From Macrostomum lignano (lineage: Eukaryota): DNA of 64,000 nucleotides. The translations under genes and the position numbers were made by a program. Numbering within the stretch: position 1 is the first letter of the stretch; every line of letters starts with the position of its first letter. Under the pieces are notes generated by a model, which was not told the origin of the DNA, ran no database searches, and saw only the letters and a program-made list of their open reading frames with translations. Shown piece after piece: positions 32,108 through 44,185 of the stretch. The DNA lies in contig NIVC01001849.1 of assembly GCA_002269645.1 (NCBI GenBank), forward strand, positions 62,001-126,000, written 5' to 3'.

Positions 32108-32670
32108 CTGCGGTTGAAGACAGAGAGTTAAGATAAACAAAGACCAAAGGTCTGGAAAGTTAGCAACCCGGAACTTGAAGTTGCTTCAAATCGGCTTACT
32201 ATCTTCAAAGACAAGCGCGCACAGTTGGTCTCCTAGAGGATGCCGAATGCTGGAACTGTCGCACCTTACACTCGCTCGGTACCTGCAGTTTGTGGTGAGT
32301 ATGGCTATCAGATGAGGATACGCACAATGTACAGACTGTTAAGTCCTCAGAAAAAAAGTACATACAGCCTGGTAAATGTACAGCTTGATAAATGCTGATA
32401 AACAGCATAAAAGTGCATTATAAATGTATGGCGTCTTAAGTGTACAGCCTAGATAGGTAGCAAAATTGCACATTTCTTTTTTTAATTACGTTCGTAGAGG
32501 CGGGGGGTTGTGTGCACACTGGCGCACTTTAAGCGACATTGTCACACAACCGGCGAGAGGCATTGCTGCCCATTCCGCCGACTCCTCTGAGCAGGCACAC
32601 AAAAGCGCGGATACGTACGCAGTTATACGCACAGGCACACACTCACACAGGAGTGTACAGCGGCCCTAAC

Positions 32671-32839
32671 TTTATTTATCGTTAGGAATGTACACTTCAC
32701 TGTGCCTTGGGGAATGACCCTCGACGAACAGAGCCAAGCCGAGATTCCAATTTAGTTCCAAATAATTGTGACTGCACTTGGAATCGAGCCTGGGCCGCTG
32801 GCGCATCAGAGCGCCGCACCAGACCACCGGGCTACGGCC
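32671..32839 (-). mobile_element. tRNA-derived SINE-like element
   Basis: GGCCGTAGCCCGGTGG (A-box-like), GGCTCGATTCC (B-box-like), A-rich end gataaataaag. Confidence 0.55.
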
Positions 32840-32840
32840 C

Positions 32841-33155
32841 CAGACACACTCACCAAAGCCTGTAGATTACTGCCCCAGACACACTCACCAAAGCCTGTAG
32901 ATCACTGCCCCAGACACACTCACCAAAGCCTGTAGATCACTGCCGCAGACACACTCACCAAAGCCTGTAGATTACTGCCCCAGACACACTCACCAAAGCC
33001 TGTAGATCACTGCCCCAGACACACTCACCAAAGCCTGTAGATCCCTGCCGCAGACACACTCACCAAAGCCTGTAGATCACTGCCCCAGACACACTCACCA
33101 AAGCCTGTAGATCACTGCCCCAGACACACTCACCAAAGCCTGTAGATCACTGCCC
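32841..33155. repeat. Nine 35-bp units, each containing the end of exon 3 and its splice donor
   Basis: cagacacactcaccaaagcctgtagatcactgccc at 35-nt period from 32841 to 33121. Confidence 0.95.
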
Positions 33156-33342
33156 TGTCGCCGGGAGCCAGATGAAGGTAGAGCGAGTTCTGATCCTCTT
33201 CCATGGACAACGCATTCACGAAGGCCATCCGCGGCGTCCACAGATTCTGACGGTTCAGCGGCACCGACTGCAGGTCCTCCTGGAGCATCTTCAGGAAGCG
33301 ATGCCGCCAGCGCAGCTCCAGGGTGATGGACATGTCCAGGAT
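33134..33342 (-). CDS. pLGIC-like gene exon 3 (ILDMSITLELRW...LWTPRMAFVNA...AVIYRL)
   Basis: ctttgccAG acceptor and TG|GTGAGT donor. LWTPRMAFVN matches the loop-A WxPD..F.N motif. 209 nt, phase 0-2. Confidence 0.8.
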
Positions 33343-33464
33343 CTGGCAAAGTGGCAGGGGGGGGTAGAGAATCAATGCGAGTTATGATCGGAATTTCAGC
33401 AAAGTCTGCGAGACCGTTCAACATGCAAATAACGTGAAAATGCTTAGAATGTTTTGCAAAGTAT

Positions 33465-33670
33465 GTCAAGAATGTTTAGAATGTGCAGAACATGTCAAGA
33501 ATGTTTAGAATGTGCAGATCATGCCAAGAATGTTTAGAATGTGAATATCATGTCAAAAATGTTTACAATGTGCAGATCATGTCAAGAATGCTTAGAATGT
33601 TCAGATCATTTCAAGAATGTTTACAATGTGCAGATCATGTCAAGAATGCTTAGAATGCGCAGATCATGTC
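33465..33670. repeat. 29-bp repeat (aagaatgtttagaatgtgcagatcatgtc)n
   Basis: About 7 visible units. Confidence 0.8.
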
Positions 33671-33706
33671 AAAGATGATTTCTAATTTGCACAGCAAAAA
33701 ACTCGC

Positions 33707-33875
33707 CTGATTAGCAAACCGCAGCACCCGTCCGATCTCGAGTGAGACATTCAACAGGCCGTCAACAGAGTCGCCTAACGGTGCAATCTCTGGCACGTCC
33801 ATGTTCATGTACAGGGAGCGGATCTGCTCCTTGACCGACTCCGTGCTCAGTTTCCTGTCCGGGTGCGAGGTCGGA
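33707..33875 (-). CDS. pLGIC-like gene exon 2 (alpha1 helix, Y...P, beta1-2 LNVSLEIGRVLRFANQ)
   Basis: atgacAG acceptor and CAG|GCGAGT (GC) donor. 169 nt, phase 2-0. The join NQ|IL resembles nAChR DEKNQIL. Confidence 0.7.
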
Positions 33876-33974
33876 CTGTCATTTAGGTGAGAGAGTTTTA
33901 ATCAGAGCATGTGCATCCTCTTTGTCCATAAGGCTTTGCATCCTGAAGCTTCGCCGCCCTAAAGCGCTACGACA

Positions 33975-34460
33975 CTGAAGCCTCTTTAGTTCTGAAGCCT
34001 CACAGCCCTGAAGCCTCATGGGCCTGAAGCCTCATGGCCCTGAAGCCTCACAGCCCTGAAGCCTCTTTAGTTCTGAAGCCTCACAGCCCTGAAGCCTCAT
34101 GGCCCTGAAGCCTCTTTAGTTCTGAAGCCTCATAGCCCTGAAGCCTCATGGCCCTGAAGCCTCACAGCCCTGAAGCCTCACAGCCCTGAAGCCTCACAGC
34201 CCTGAAGCCTCACAGCCCTGAAGCCTCACAGCCCTGAAGCCTCACAGCCCTGAAGCCTCACAGCCCTGAAGCCTCACAGCCCTGAAGCCTCATGGCCCTG
34301 AAGCCTCACAGCCCTGAAGCCTCATGGGCCTGAAGCCTCACAGCCCTGAAGCCTCACAGCCCTGAAGCCTCACAGCCCTGAAGCCTCATGGGCCTGAAGC
34401 CTCATGGCCCTGAAGCATCACAAGCCTAAAACCTCAGCCCTAAAACCTCACAGCCCTGAA
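33975..34460. repeat. 16-bp minisatellite (CCCTGAAGCCTCACAG)n
   Basis: Direct. Shares the CTGAAGCCTCA core with the 20-bp satellite. Confidence 0.9.
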
Positions 34461-35262
34461 ACCTTATTCTCATTAAGCTTCATTATCCTTAAGCCTCATT
34501 ATCTTTGATTCTCATTTCCCTTACGCACTATTATTCTTAATAAGGCTTAAGGGAAGCCTCATTATCTTTAAGCAAGCAACCGACTTTATTAACAAAATTA
34601 GTATTATACAAGAAATGATTACTCGCACCCCAAGTTTTGTATTCCCACAAAGCCGAACAAAAAGCAGAACTATTACAAGTCTAAAACAGCACATCTGAAT
34701 CTCTAAAACAGTTCATTCCACATTAAAATTCATAGAATTTGTAAGCACAAATTTTTCAGCCAACAATTTCCTGCATTTATGAATACAGGTTTCGCTACAT
34801 GCAGGCGAGCTGGTGCGGAAACTGGGCCAACACTGCGGCCCTTATAGTTTCTGGAGAGTAATAGACTTCGGTCAGTCATTTCCTGGCCTTCCCAGCACTT
34901 TTCCCGTTTGTCCCAGTTGTCCAGACTCTCTTCATGCCTGTCTGTCTGTGCCTCTGCCACCCTCAGCTGGCCCTGGGAAGTAGTTTGGGCCGAGTCAAAC
35001 GACAGTCGTTGATTAGGCCCCCGCCCGCTAATAAGTGTTTCAGAGAATTGAAGCCACTTGTGCAGCTCCAGCATAAGGTTGTGTAAGTGTGTGTGTAAAT
35101 AGCTTGTCCGTGTGCCAGCTGCATGGGTACAGGAAGACAAGCAGATTTTGTTTTGTATCGATCTTTTTCTCTAGCTCTCTCAGGTAGAATTGGTAAGCTT
35201 TTCTGCCGATTTTCTATAGTACCAAGCAGGTCTAGAATTTGCTCTTTCTGCCCCCCAGCCAG

Positions 35263-35380
<118 letters not shown>

Positions 35381-36069
35381 ATCCTGCTTTCATCCTAACT
35401 ACAGGTAAATCACAGTTTAATCCCACTTTCATCCCGATATCTGTGTAATCTCCATTCTTATCCCTATTCTCGGATCCCTTTTTTATCCCAATCCCACTCG
35501 GATCATATTTTTATCCCAATCCTTCTTGGATCCCATTTTTATCCCAATATTTTACAGATCCCATTTTTATCCAAATCACCGTTTTGGTATCTAATCTACC
35601 CAGAAAGCTAGCAAGATTGCGCACGCCATCTGTTCCAAATTTACACAAATAATTTTAAAGCAGCAATGCACATTTAATGCAGGAGACTATCAGTATATCA
35701 TCATATAGCCTCGAAGAGCCTCCCAAAACTAGGGTAAACGAATTTTAGAAAGCAAATTGAAAAAAAATTTCCAGGTGTGCCGTGCCGCCCGCACCTGCTG
35801 AGCGACCCTGACAGCCCGTCTGCCGCCCATCAGAGCATCAGATGCTCCTGAATCTGAACTACCCGATTCCGAAACTCTCAGAAAATCCCCAACAGCCATT
35901 CGCGCTTTATGAAGCCTCGAACTCCCCCCCCCCCTCTAAAGATCCCAGATTTCCAACAGGTGCTGTCCGTCAGGGCGCCAGCCCACCCGCCGTTAACGCA
36001 CTCAAGGACGCCACGGAGTTTGAGGTTAAGTATCTGGACTGGAAACCGATAAGCCAGATTTTTATACCT

Positions 36070-36605
36070 ATCACTGCCGGATCCCATTATAATCCCTATC
36101 ACTGTCTGATCCCATTATAATCCCAATCACTGCCGGATCCCATTATAATCCCTATCACTGCCGGATCCCATTATAATTCCAATCACTGTCTGATCCCATT
36201 ATAATCCCAATCACTGTCTGATCCCATTAAAATCCCAATCACTGTCTGATCCCATTATAATCCCTATCACTGCCGGATCCCATTATAATTCCAATCACTG
36301 TCTGATCCCATTATAATCCCAATCACTGTCTGATCCCATTAAAATCCCAATCACTGTCTGATCCCATTATAATCCCAATCACCGTCTGATCCCATTATAA
36401 TCCCAATCACCGTCTGATCCCATTATAATCCCAATCACCGTCTGATCCCATTATAATCCCAATCACTGTCTGATCCCATTATAATCCCTATCACCGTCTG
36501 ATCCCATTATAATCCCAATCACTGTCTGATCCCATTATAATCCCAATCACTGTCTGATCCCATTATAATCCCAATCATTGTCTGATAAAATTATAATCCC
36601 TATCA
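36070..36605. repeat. 28-bp minisatellite (TCACTGTCTGATCCCATTATAATCCCAA)n
   Basis: Direct, about 19 units. Confidence 0.9.
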
Positions 36606-36954
36606 CTGTGTAGCATCATCACATCAAAGCTAGCCTCCTAGTTTTCACGATCCAGAAGTTCCATTCAGAAGTCCATGACGTCAACTGCCCCCCTCCTGTT
36701 CAGTAGGCCCCGCCGCCGCAGTCTCTTGTGACTCAGCGCCCGCGTCAGTTCACCAAGGTCAGTTCAGGTAGCAATTATTGGGGTTAATTGCTGTTCCACC
36801 CTAGCGGCAATGTAGAATAAGATGCTGCCATTAATTTATGATGCAGCCAGCGGCATAGCAACACAAGATACCTGCCAGTCAATTTTCATTTATGGAATTC
36901 TATTGCAATTTGGCTATGACACTCTGACTTCCTAATCTGATCCTTACTTATTCT

Positions 36955-37125
36955 TCTTGTCTGATCTTCCTGACTCCTTGTCTGATCCCCTGACTCCTTG
37001 TCTGATCCCCTGACTCCTTGTCTGATCTTCCTGACTCCTTGTCTGATCTTCCTGACTCCTTGTCTGATCCCCTGACTCCTTGTCTGATCCCCTGACTCCT
37101 TGTCTGATCTCCTGACTCCTTGTCT
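36955..37125. repeat. 20-21-bp repeat (CTGACTCCTTGTCTGATCCC)n
   Basis: Direct. Confidence 0.85.
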
Positions 37126-37202
37126 TAAAATCCCCGGTTTCCTACTACAATCCTAAGAGCCCACCCCGAACACAGATGAACTCCGGTCATTCATAAACGC
37201 AC

Positions 37203-37291
37203 CTGCCAAAATCCGGCTGAGCGTTGGCTTCTCTAGCGGAGTGCAGCAGGAGCAGCAATAAAAGCAGAAACTGCATCAGCGGCGGCGACAT
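37203..37291 (-). CDS. pLGIC-like gene exon 1, signal peptide MSPPLMQFLLLLLLLHSAREANAQPDFG
   Basis: ATG at 37291, hydrophobic h-region, ANA-Q cleavage-like site. AG|GTGCGT donor in phase 2 matches exon 2. Confidence 0.7.
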
Positions 37292-37664
37292 CACAGGGAA
37301 GAGGCTGCAGGCCAATCAAGCAAAGGTTGAAAAAGCAGCAGAGAAATACCAGCTACCAGCAATAGAGAGGCTTTTATCAGCTGGAATGGTGCAAAGCGAG
37401 GAAAACACCAGCTATAAAACTGTTTTTTGCCGGCCAAATGTTCGTCAAGAGCCGTTGCACCATTGGCTGAACTGAGAGGAGGGGGGGACGGGCGATTCGT
37501 TAAGCTCCGAATTCGGAATTCTTATGCAGCATCTTCTGTCTGAGGGGTGACTGACGCCACAAAATTTGTCCGATCTCCGCTGTCCAGTTGCTTAGTCCTT
37601 GCAGTAGGCAATCTGGCATTCTCCCTCCGCCTAGCATGCAGCCAAGTGCAGTGACTCTCCATTG

Positions 37665-38004
37665 AGTCAGTCCTGCTCTCCATTGAGTCAGTCCTGCTCT
37701 CCATTGAGTCAGTCCTGCTCTATACATTGAGTCAGTCCTGCTCTCCATTGAGTCAGTCCTGCTCTCCATTGAGTCAGTCCTGCTCTCCATTGAGTCAGTC
37801 CTGCTCTCCATTGAGTCAGTCCTGCTCTCCATTGAGTCAGTCCTGCTCTCCATTGAGTCAGTCCTGCCCTCCATTGAGTCAGTCCTGCTCTCCATTGAGT
37901 CAGTCCTGCTCTCCATTGAGTCAGTCCTGCTCTCCATTGAGTCAGTCCTGCTCTCCATTGAGTCAGTCCTGCCCTCCATTGAGTCAGTCCTGCTCTCCAT
38001 TGAG
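37665..38004. repeat. 21-bp minisatellite (CTCCATTGAGTCAGTCCTGCT)n
   Basis: Direct, about 15 units. Confidence 0.9.
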
Positions 38005-38475
38005 TCGGTACAAAGATCGGTGCTCTTCATGCGATAGAGAGGACTCCGTGCTCCCCAACAATACAGCATTTCCAAGCCAAACAGCAAGCAAGTTAATCCT
38101 TAGTGGGAGAATCTCCAATCTTCTCTTCAGTTTGCAAAAGCAATGTAATTCATTGTTATTGACTGTCACCCCCTTTTTTAGTTCGCGGCGTTGTAGCGTA
38201 ACTCCTGGGTTGAATTTTGATCTTTGACTACGCACAACATGCGCAGTGATTCTCTTTTTGCATGCTGCGCTTGAGCAGGGTGTCTGAGAGAGTGCGAGTT
38301 TGCCCTAAAATTCGAAGCAGACAGCCATCAGCTCTGGCTGTTCAGCCATGCCGAACCTCGCAGGACTTCGAATTGCTGCTCTCGGGCCCTATCAAATCTT
38401 CGAATAGTTTCACTTATTGACTTCCAGCATCCCAACAGCACGCCATCGTTCAGTATTCGTCATTTTCCGCACAAA

Positions 38476-38796
38476 TTTTGTAGTAATGTGTGTGAATTGA
38501 ACTGAACAATTGCCCTCTTGATTAAAGCCGTTTTGTACTTGTACCATAGCACACGCAAGCTCTGACTCAGCCGCATCTGAAGGCTGCGTACGGCTGTTCA
38601 GTCCAAGGACTTGGAGGTCGCCACACACAGCCTCAATTACCCCAGCTAATGCTGGCACCCATTTTACAGCTGGGTGAACTGAAGCAATGCAGAGTTAAGT
38701 GCCTTGCTCAAGAACACAAATTTTTCCGAGCGAGTGGGTCGAGAATCGAACCCCCGACCTTTCAGTCGTGAGTCCGACGCTCTAACCACTAGGCTA
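38476..38796 (-). mobile_element. tRNA-headed SINE with MIR/CORE-like central domain
   Basis: TAGCCTAGTGGTTAG (A-box) and GGTTCGATTC (B-box), then GTGTTCTTGAGCAAGGCACTTAACTCTGCATTGCTTCAGTTCACCCAGCTGTAAAATGGG. The 3' end is approximate. Confidence 0.75.
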
Positions 38797-39844
38797 AAAA
38801 ATTAAACACAAGAAGAAAACAGCATCACTGTAGTGCCTCTGTATAAGCTTCAATCATAGTAGACTATTCATAGTAGGCATTCGTTCAAATTATATTGTCT
38901 TTAAAATGGGGAACTCGCGCTTTGATGTCGAACACGCGCAACAAGAAATCCAGACAACCGGAAAGAAGACGGGCCTAATAGACGGGTCTAGTACTTACTA
39001 GAAGTCTAAGCTAGCTGTGTCTTTCTCACAATCAAGCTACTACTACGAGTACTATCGATTTCAACATCAGTTCTTGCTAAACTTCGATGCCGATATGTAT
39101 CGAAAGTATACAATTTTAACCCAGTTGATTTTTGACCCACTGAACAAGAGAACAGGAGGCATAGACGGGATGAAAGAAGCAAGCGAAATCAAAAGCAAAA
39201 AGCGCAGCAAATAATCCTGAGTCAGTAAAGATTTTTCGAAAGAAAAATTTACAAAAAGCTGGCTGAGAAAAGGGGGATTACGGTCTACGCGTGTACGGAG
39301 ATGCGGTGCATGTACAGATGAGCGCCAGGTTGCTTGATTGCTTAATACCGGGCCAAGCTTCAGAGTCTACAATCTAGAAAATCTAGATTCTTATTATTTT
39401 GCGTCATTACGCTACTATTAGTAGCAGACTTAGCTAATATTTGACCATTTCAATTGTTATTTTAAACTAGCCAGGGCCCAATGAATTTGTGAATTCAGAA
39501 TGCGCAGTGCTATATACAGAATACAATGCATAATGTTAATGAAAGCGAAAGCCACAGGTGAAGCTCAGTGTAAAAATATGGGCCACAGTTAGGCGTATGT
39601 ACACATTAATAAATCAACGATGGAACCCAATGGAAATGAGGAAATGACAATGCATGCGGGTGACACAGGGCGGCAATGCCAATGCAGCCAGCAATCTTCA
39701 CGAGAACAGATACAATGCAAAGAGCATATAAAACATAGCGAGGTAGTTTGGTAAAGCAGGAGGTAACGACAACACAGTTTGGGAATAAAAAAATAGAACG
39801 ACCCACAGCTCAGCCAGTACAGCCAGATTCGAGTTTAAACTGAC

Positions 39845-40040
39845 GATCTGGGAGGCTGGTGATGACCCAGCAACTGAGGATCTGGGAGGCTGGTGATGAC
39901 CCAGCAACTGAGGATCTGGGAGGCTGGTGATGACCCAGCAACTGAGGATCTGGGAGGCTGGTGATGACCCAGCAACTGAGGATCTGGGAGGCTGGTGATG
40001 GACCAGCAACTGAGGATCTGGGAGGCTGGCCCAGCAACTG
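39845..40040. repeat. 34-bp repeat (GATCTGGGAGGCTGGTGATGACCCAGCAACTGAG)n
   Basis: About 5.5 units. Confidence 0.9.
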
Positions 40041-41282
40041 CAGAGGGAGGCTGCTCAGACTGAGCACAGAAGCTGATTAGCTGCAGGATTACAAGCAGCT
40101 GGAGCAGCTCTCAATAGAACTGAAAGCAGCAATAGCAGAGCACAAGAAAAGCGGTTACAAAATCACGCAGAGACACCTGATTCAACAGAGCAGTTACGGC
40201 TACTTGCAGAAAGTAGAACACAAAAATATTTATAAAAAACACAAAGTAAGTGAGGCGCAGTTAAAGCAGTTAAAAAACCAGATGAAATCTCCTGCTAAAG
40301 TGTACACGTGAGAATAGCAACATGTGGATTGGGCAAAACAGAGTCGGGGGGGGGGGCAGCAGATTAGGATAAATATCGAAACCAATAAAAAGTGTATGAA
40401 TTCCTGAAGTTCTCGCCTGGTAACTCATTTGAAACACACTGGACAGACAGACGGGGGGAGGCCGGCTGGCTGGGCAATTCGTGGCATCAGCGAACTTAAC
40501 GCGGCAAAACAATTAAAGCATTATTTCCTGATTGCTTGATAAAAAGAGAGAGTATAATTACGCGTATTAAGAAATAAAATATATTAGCCAACAGACAGAC
40601 AGATCGATACTAAAAAAATAACTGAAAATAATTTGAATAATTAAGCCCTGATTTGGTCTGTAACACAGATACTAGAATAACTAGATGGGCCACACAGCAC
40701 ATTTGCGTGTAAGCTACTTTTAGTTTAGTAGTATTTTTAGTATGTATTTTTAAAGCCAAAGCTCATTTATAGGCTCTTATTACCCCCCCCCTCAAACCCT
40801 CCAACCGCGCCTTTCCACACTACCCCCTCACCCCGCCCCAATTTTTATTGTCATTCTCGGAATTCCAGCCTAAAGCGGCCATGTACATTTCAGTGGACTG
40901 GCTAATGTACATTATTGCTGAACCAATTAGCAAGTTGTTTACGCCTGAAAGCTTGGGCTTCTAAACTTATCAAAGTCATTTCAGCTGTCTGTATTTTTAT
41001 AAAATAGCTTATGGATTCTTCTTTGCTACTGAACTGACAGTAGAAAGCTGTTTTGCTAAGTATATATGCCTGAGTGGCCCATCTACGTCGTAGCTATTTT
41101 AGTATCCGTGGCCAATGATAACAAAAGGGATTTCGCACCAACTGTTGGGCGTTCCAATGTTTATAATCTATGTGATTAATCAACTTACTATAAATATATA
41201 TATGGAATCGAATTACAGGATTAGCGCCTGTGTAACAGCTGTGTTGCACTAATCATCATTCATACAGGGAGGGAGGGGGGCG

Positions 41283-42696
41283 TCACGCTGCTCCGCAATG
41301 GCTGTTCCGGTCGGCTGCGGCAACGGCGCTCAATGGGGCCGACGAGCCGCCGCTGCCGCTGGCGCCGTTGCTCCCAGACGTAGATCTGCAATGGCACTCG
41401 TCAGATTCAAGCTCGCCTTCCTGGCCGGCGAGATCGCAGTTGGCCGAGCTGCTGCCGGCCGTGGCATTCGATCCGGCCGGGGCGGGAGCGCCGAGCAGAG
41501 GCTTGGCCGAGTCGGTCTTGTTGCCGTCGCCAAAGCCGTGAACGCAATTGCCATTGGTCTCGTTGGCGCGGTGCCGATAACCTTCAACAGCGCCGCCGCA
41601 GCGAGTCAGAGCTAGCCGCTGCTGCTGATGCTGCCGAGGATGTGCCAGGCCGTTCCCGCCGCTCACGCCAACGTCAATAGCCGCTATGGTCGTCACCTGA
41701 TGGCTGCCACCGCCGCCGATGGCTGTCGCCGATTGTCGCCGACGCCGGCGCCTTCGCCTACGCCAGGGACGCCGGAGGATGAGCCAGATGGCAGCCAGGG
41801 TGGCCAAGCCCAGAGCATAGCTGACCAGGGCGGCCAGAGCGTGCGACCACAGCGGATAGTGCGGCGTGGCTGACGATGCTTGAGGAGGAGTACATCGCTG
41901 TGAGTGCGGCGGAGGCTGCTGGACTTGTTGTACAGGCGATGAGGTTTGCAGCAAAGCTGGCACAGTCGGCAGGCTGGGCGGAAACAAAGGCTGGCTGACC
42001 GCATCGAACAGAGGCAAATAGTGAGCCCTGCCGCACGGCTTGGAGACCAGGCCGCAGTCTGAAATCCCGAATTGGGAAATCAGCTGGGCAGGCAGGCCGG
42101 TCAGTTCGGGCCTGACCAGATAGCACGGATTAAACTGGCACCTGGCAATCAGCGAGCGATGCTTGAATTCAGCCAGCCGGATTAGCAGCCGATTCCTATA
42201 GAATCCGGGCGAGCCGAGCCAGTTCGAATTCGGCAGCGTGCAACCCTTGGCAACTAGCTCGGCCAGCAATTCGCCGGTGTCGGCGTCCTCCAGACGGCAG
42301 TTCTCAATAACGGCGCCATATAAGAAATCGGTTCGAACAGGTCGAAGCTCGATTGTGTAGTTGCCAGGGTAACTGCTACGGCCGCTACTGCTATTGGTTA
42401 GGCTGAGACGGAAGGCCAGCTGACTGGCTATGCGCATTCGGTTCTGCTCAAATTCCGGCCCCGGCAGAGCTGCCTGCGGTCCCTCCCGCTCCACCGACGC
42501 GAGGCTCATGTCGCTCCAAGTAAAAAATCGAAAATAGCGGCCCAGCTTATCCGTCAATGGGGGAGACCGCCAGTTGTTGAACTGCACAGCTAGATAGGCT
42601 GACACTTTGCTGGCCTTGGCTTCGCTGCCGCATTCGCCGCTGACAATCAGCCGGCCGACGCTGCCGTCTGGTAGGGTGGCTAAACGGCAGGAGTCG
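41283..42696 (-). CDS. Gene 3 terminal exon: ZP-like module, Pro/Gln stalk, TM helix, Arg-run, cytoplasmic tail
   Basis: ttttccAG acceptor in phase 2. AVIENC..D....L..LVAKGC...LIARCQFNPC...C....C resembles the ZP-C Cys pattern. TM ALAALVSYALGLATLAAIWLIL is followed by RRPWRRRRRRRRR. Confidence 0.75.
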
Positions 42697-42777
42697 CTGG
42701 AAAATTTGTTGCGCAATCGTGAAATTTTTTATTGGGCTCCGGCTGGCTTTACCACTAGTGCTAGTGCTGCAGGTGTA

Positions 42778-43043
42778 CACAATGCTAATACTCATATAGT
42801 AAGGTGTACAGAATGCTAATACTGATATAGTAAGGTGTACAGAATGCTAGTACTCACAAAGTAAGGTGTACAGAATGCTAGTAATCACAAAGTAAGGTGT
42901 ACAGAATGCTAGTACTCACAAAGTAAGGTGTACAGAATGCTAGTACTCACAAAGTAAGGTGTACAGAATGCTAGTACTCACAAAGTAAGGTGTACAGAAT
43001 GCTAGTACTCACAAAGTAAGGTGTACAGAATGCTAGTACTCAT
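42778..43043. repeat. 31-bp repeat (AATGCTAGTACTCACAAAGTAAGGTGTACAG)n in gene 3 intron 3
   Basis: Direct, about 8 units. Confidence 0.9.
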
Positions 43044-43126
43044 AACGTAAGTGAATGCAACCCAAGCAAGAAAGGTGTACATCATGCCTGCACTGCCACA
43101 GTGACAAGCTATTAAGAACCTCATAC

Positions 43127-43644
43127 CTATTGGAATCGATCTCAGCAATAGCCGAGTCCCTCTTGCGCACCATAGCGGCCCAGGCTAGCGAGTGAGTGCA
43201 GTTAGCCAGCACCCGCCTGTCCAGAATGAGCAAAGTCTGGCCAGGTGACAGCTGCCGGAATTGCACCTGGCTAATTGCCTCATCCGGTTCATAGGTAAAC
43301 GGATCAAAGCTGACATCGGCGATGACGATTTTGTGTTTAGATTCCGGTTCGAACCGAATGCTGCGCAGGTAGGGGCCGGGCACTTCGCTGCGTCGGAGGC
43401 CCGGTTGCGCCTTGATGGTTACGTTAACGGCGTTACCGCCGCTGTTGAGCAAGTCCAGGCCGCCAGCGTCTCGGCAGCCGTAGAGCAGCTTCAGCGAGGG
43501 CCGGTCGCCCCCACCAGACGTCCAGTTGGCAAGTCGGACACTGACCGAGGCCGGACAGGCTCCTCCGCTACCGATGATGTCGAATACGATAGCCAGGACA
43601 AACTGGCTGGCTCGGTCCGGCAGCACTCGATCGGCCATGTTTAT
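43127..43644 (-). CDS. Gene 3 exon 3 (extracellular)
   Basis: ctctcgcccAG acceptor and AG|GTATGA donor. 518 nt, phase 0-2. Confidence 0.75.
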
Positions 43645-44185
43645 CTGGGCGAGAGAGCGGATAATTGAGCTATATTGAATACCGGAACTTTTAGCTATAA
43701 ATCTGACCGTTACAAATCAATCAACAAATAAATGAGCAAGTCAATCAATAAATCAACAAATCAATTAATCATTAAATGAGCAATCGAGCCATCAATCAAA
43801 AATTAACAAATTAACACACCAATAAATAAAGAAATAAATAAATCAATAAAAAAATAAATCAACAAATCAATCAATCAATAAATCAATCAACATATCAACA
43901 AATCAATCAGTTAACTACAATATGCAAATTAATTAAACCATTCAACCACGAAATTAATAAATAAATAAAAAATTAACAAACAAACAATAAGCAATAATCA
44001 ATCAGTCAAAAACAGACCAATCTATGCAATCAATAAATCACTGAGCAAGACTCCGGCTAAGTGATTCGTAAAATCATTGTCAACGTTTTTCCCAAGTCCA
44101 AGTCAGCTCTATGATAATTAGCTAATTCGCCTACTAGCAGTAGTCTCCACCGGAAGAAACATAAATTAATACAAAAATAACCAAC

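Noticed and set aside
32205-32408. ORF with CMYFFSEDLTVC as the channel's Cys-loop exon
   Set aside because: Lacks the conserved Pro, has C-x10-C spacing and AT3-rich codons unlike the other exons. The PSDRH exon fits better.
35780-36110. GC-rich island in pLGIC intron 1 as an extra (Sushi-like) exon
   Set aside because: Equally plausible frames on both strands, no good donor, and exons 1 and 2 already join in phase.
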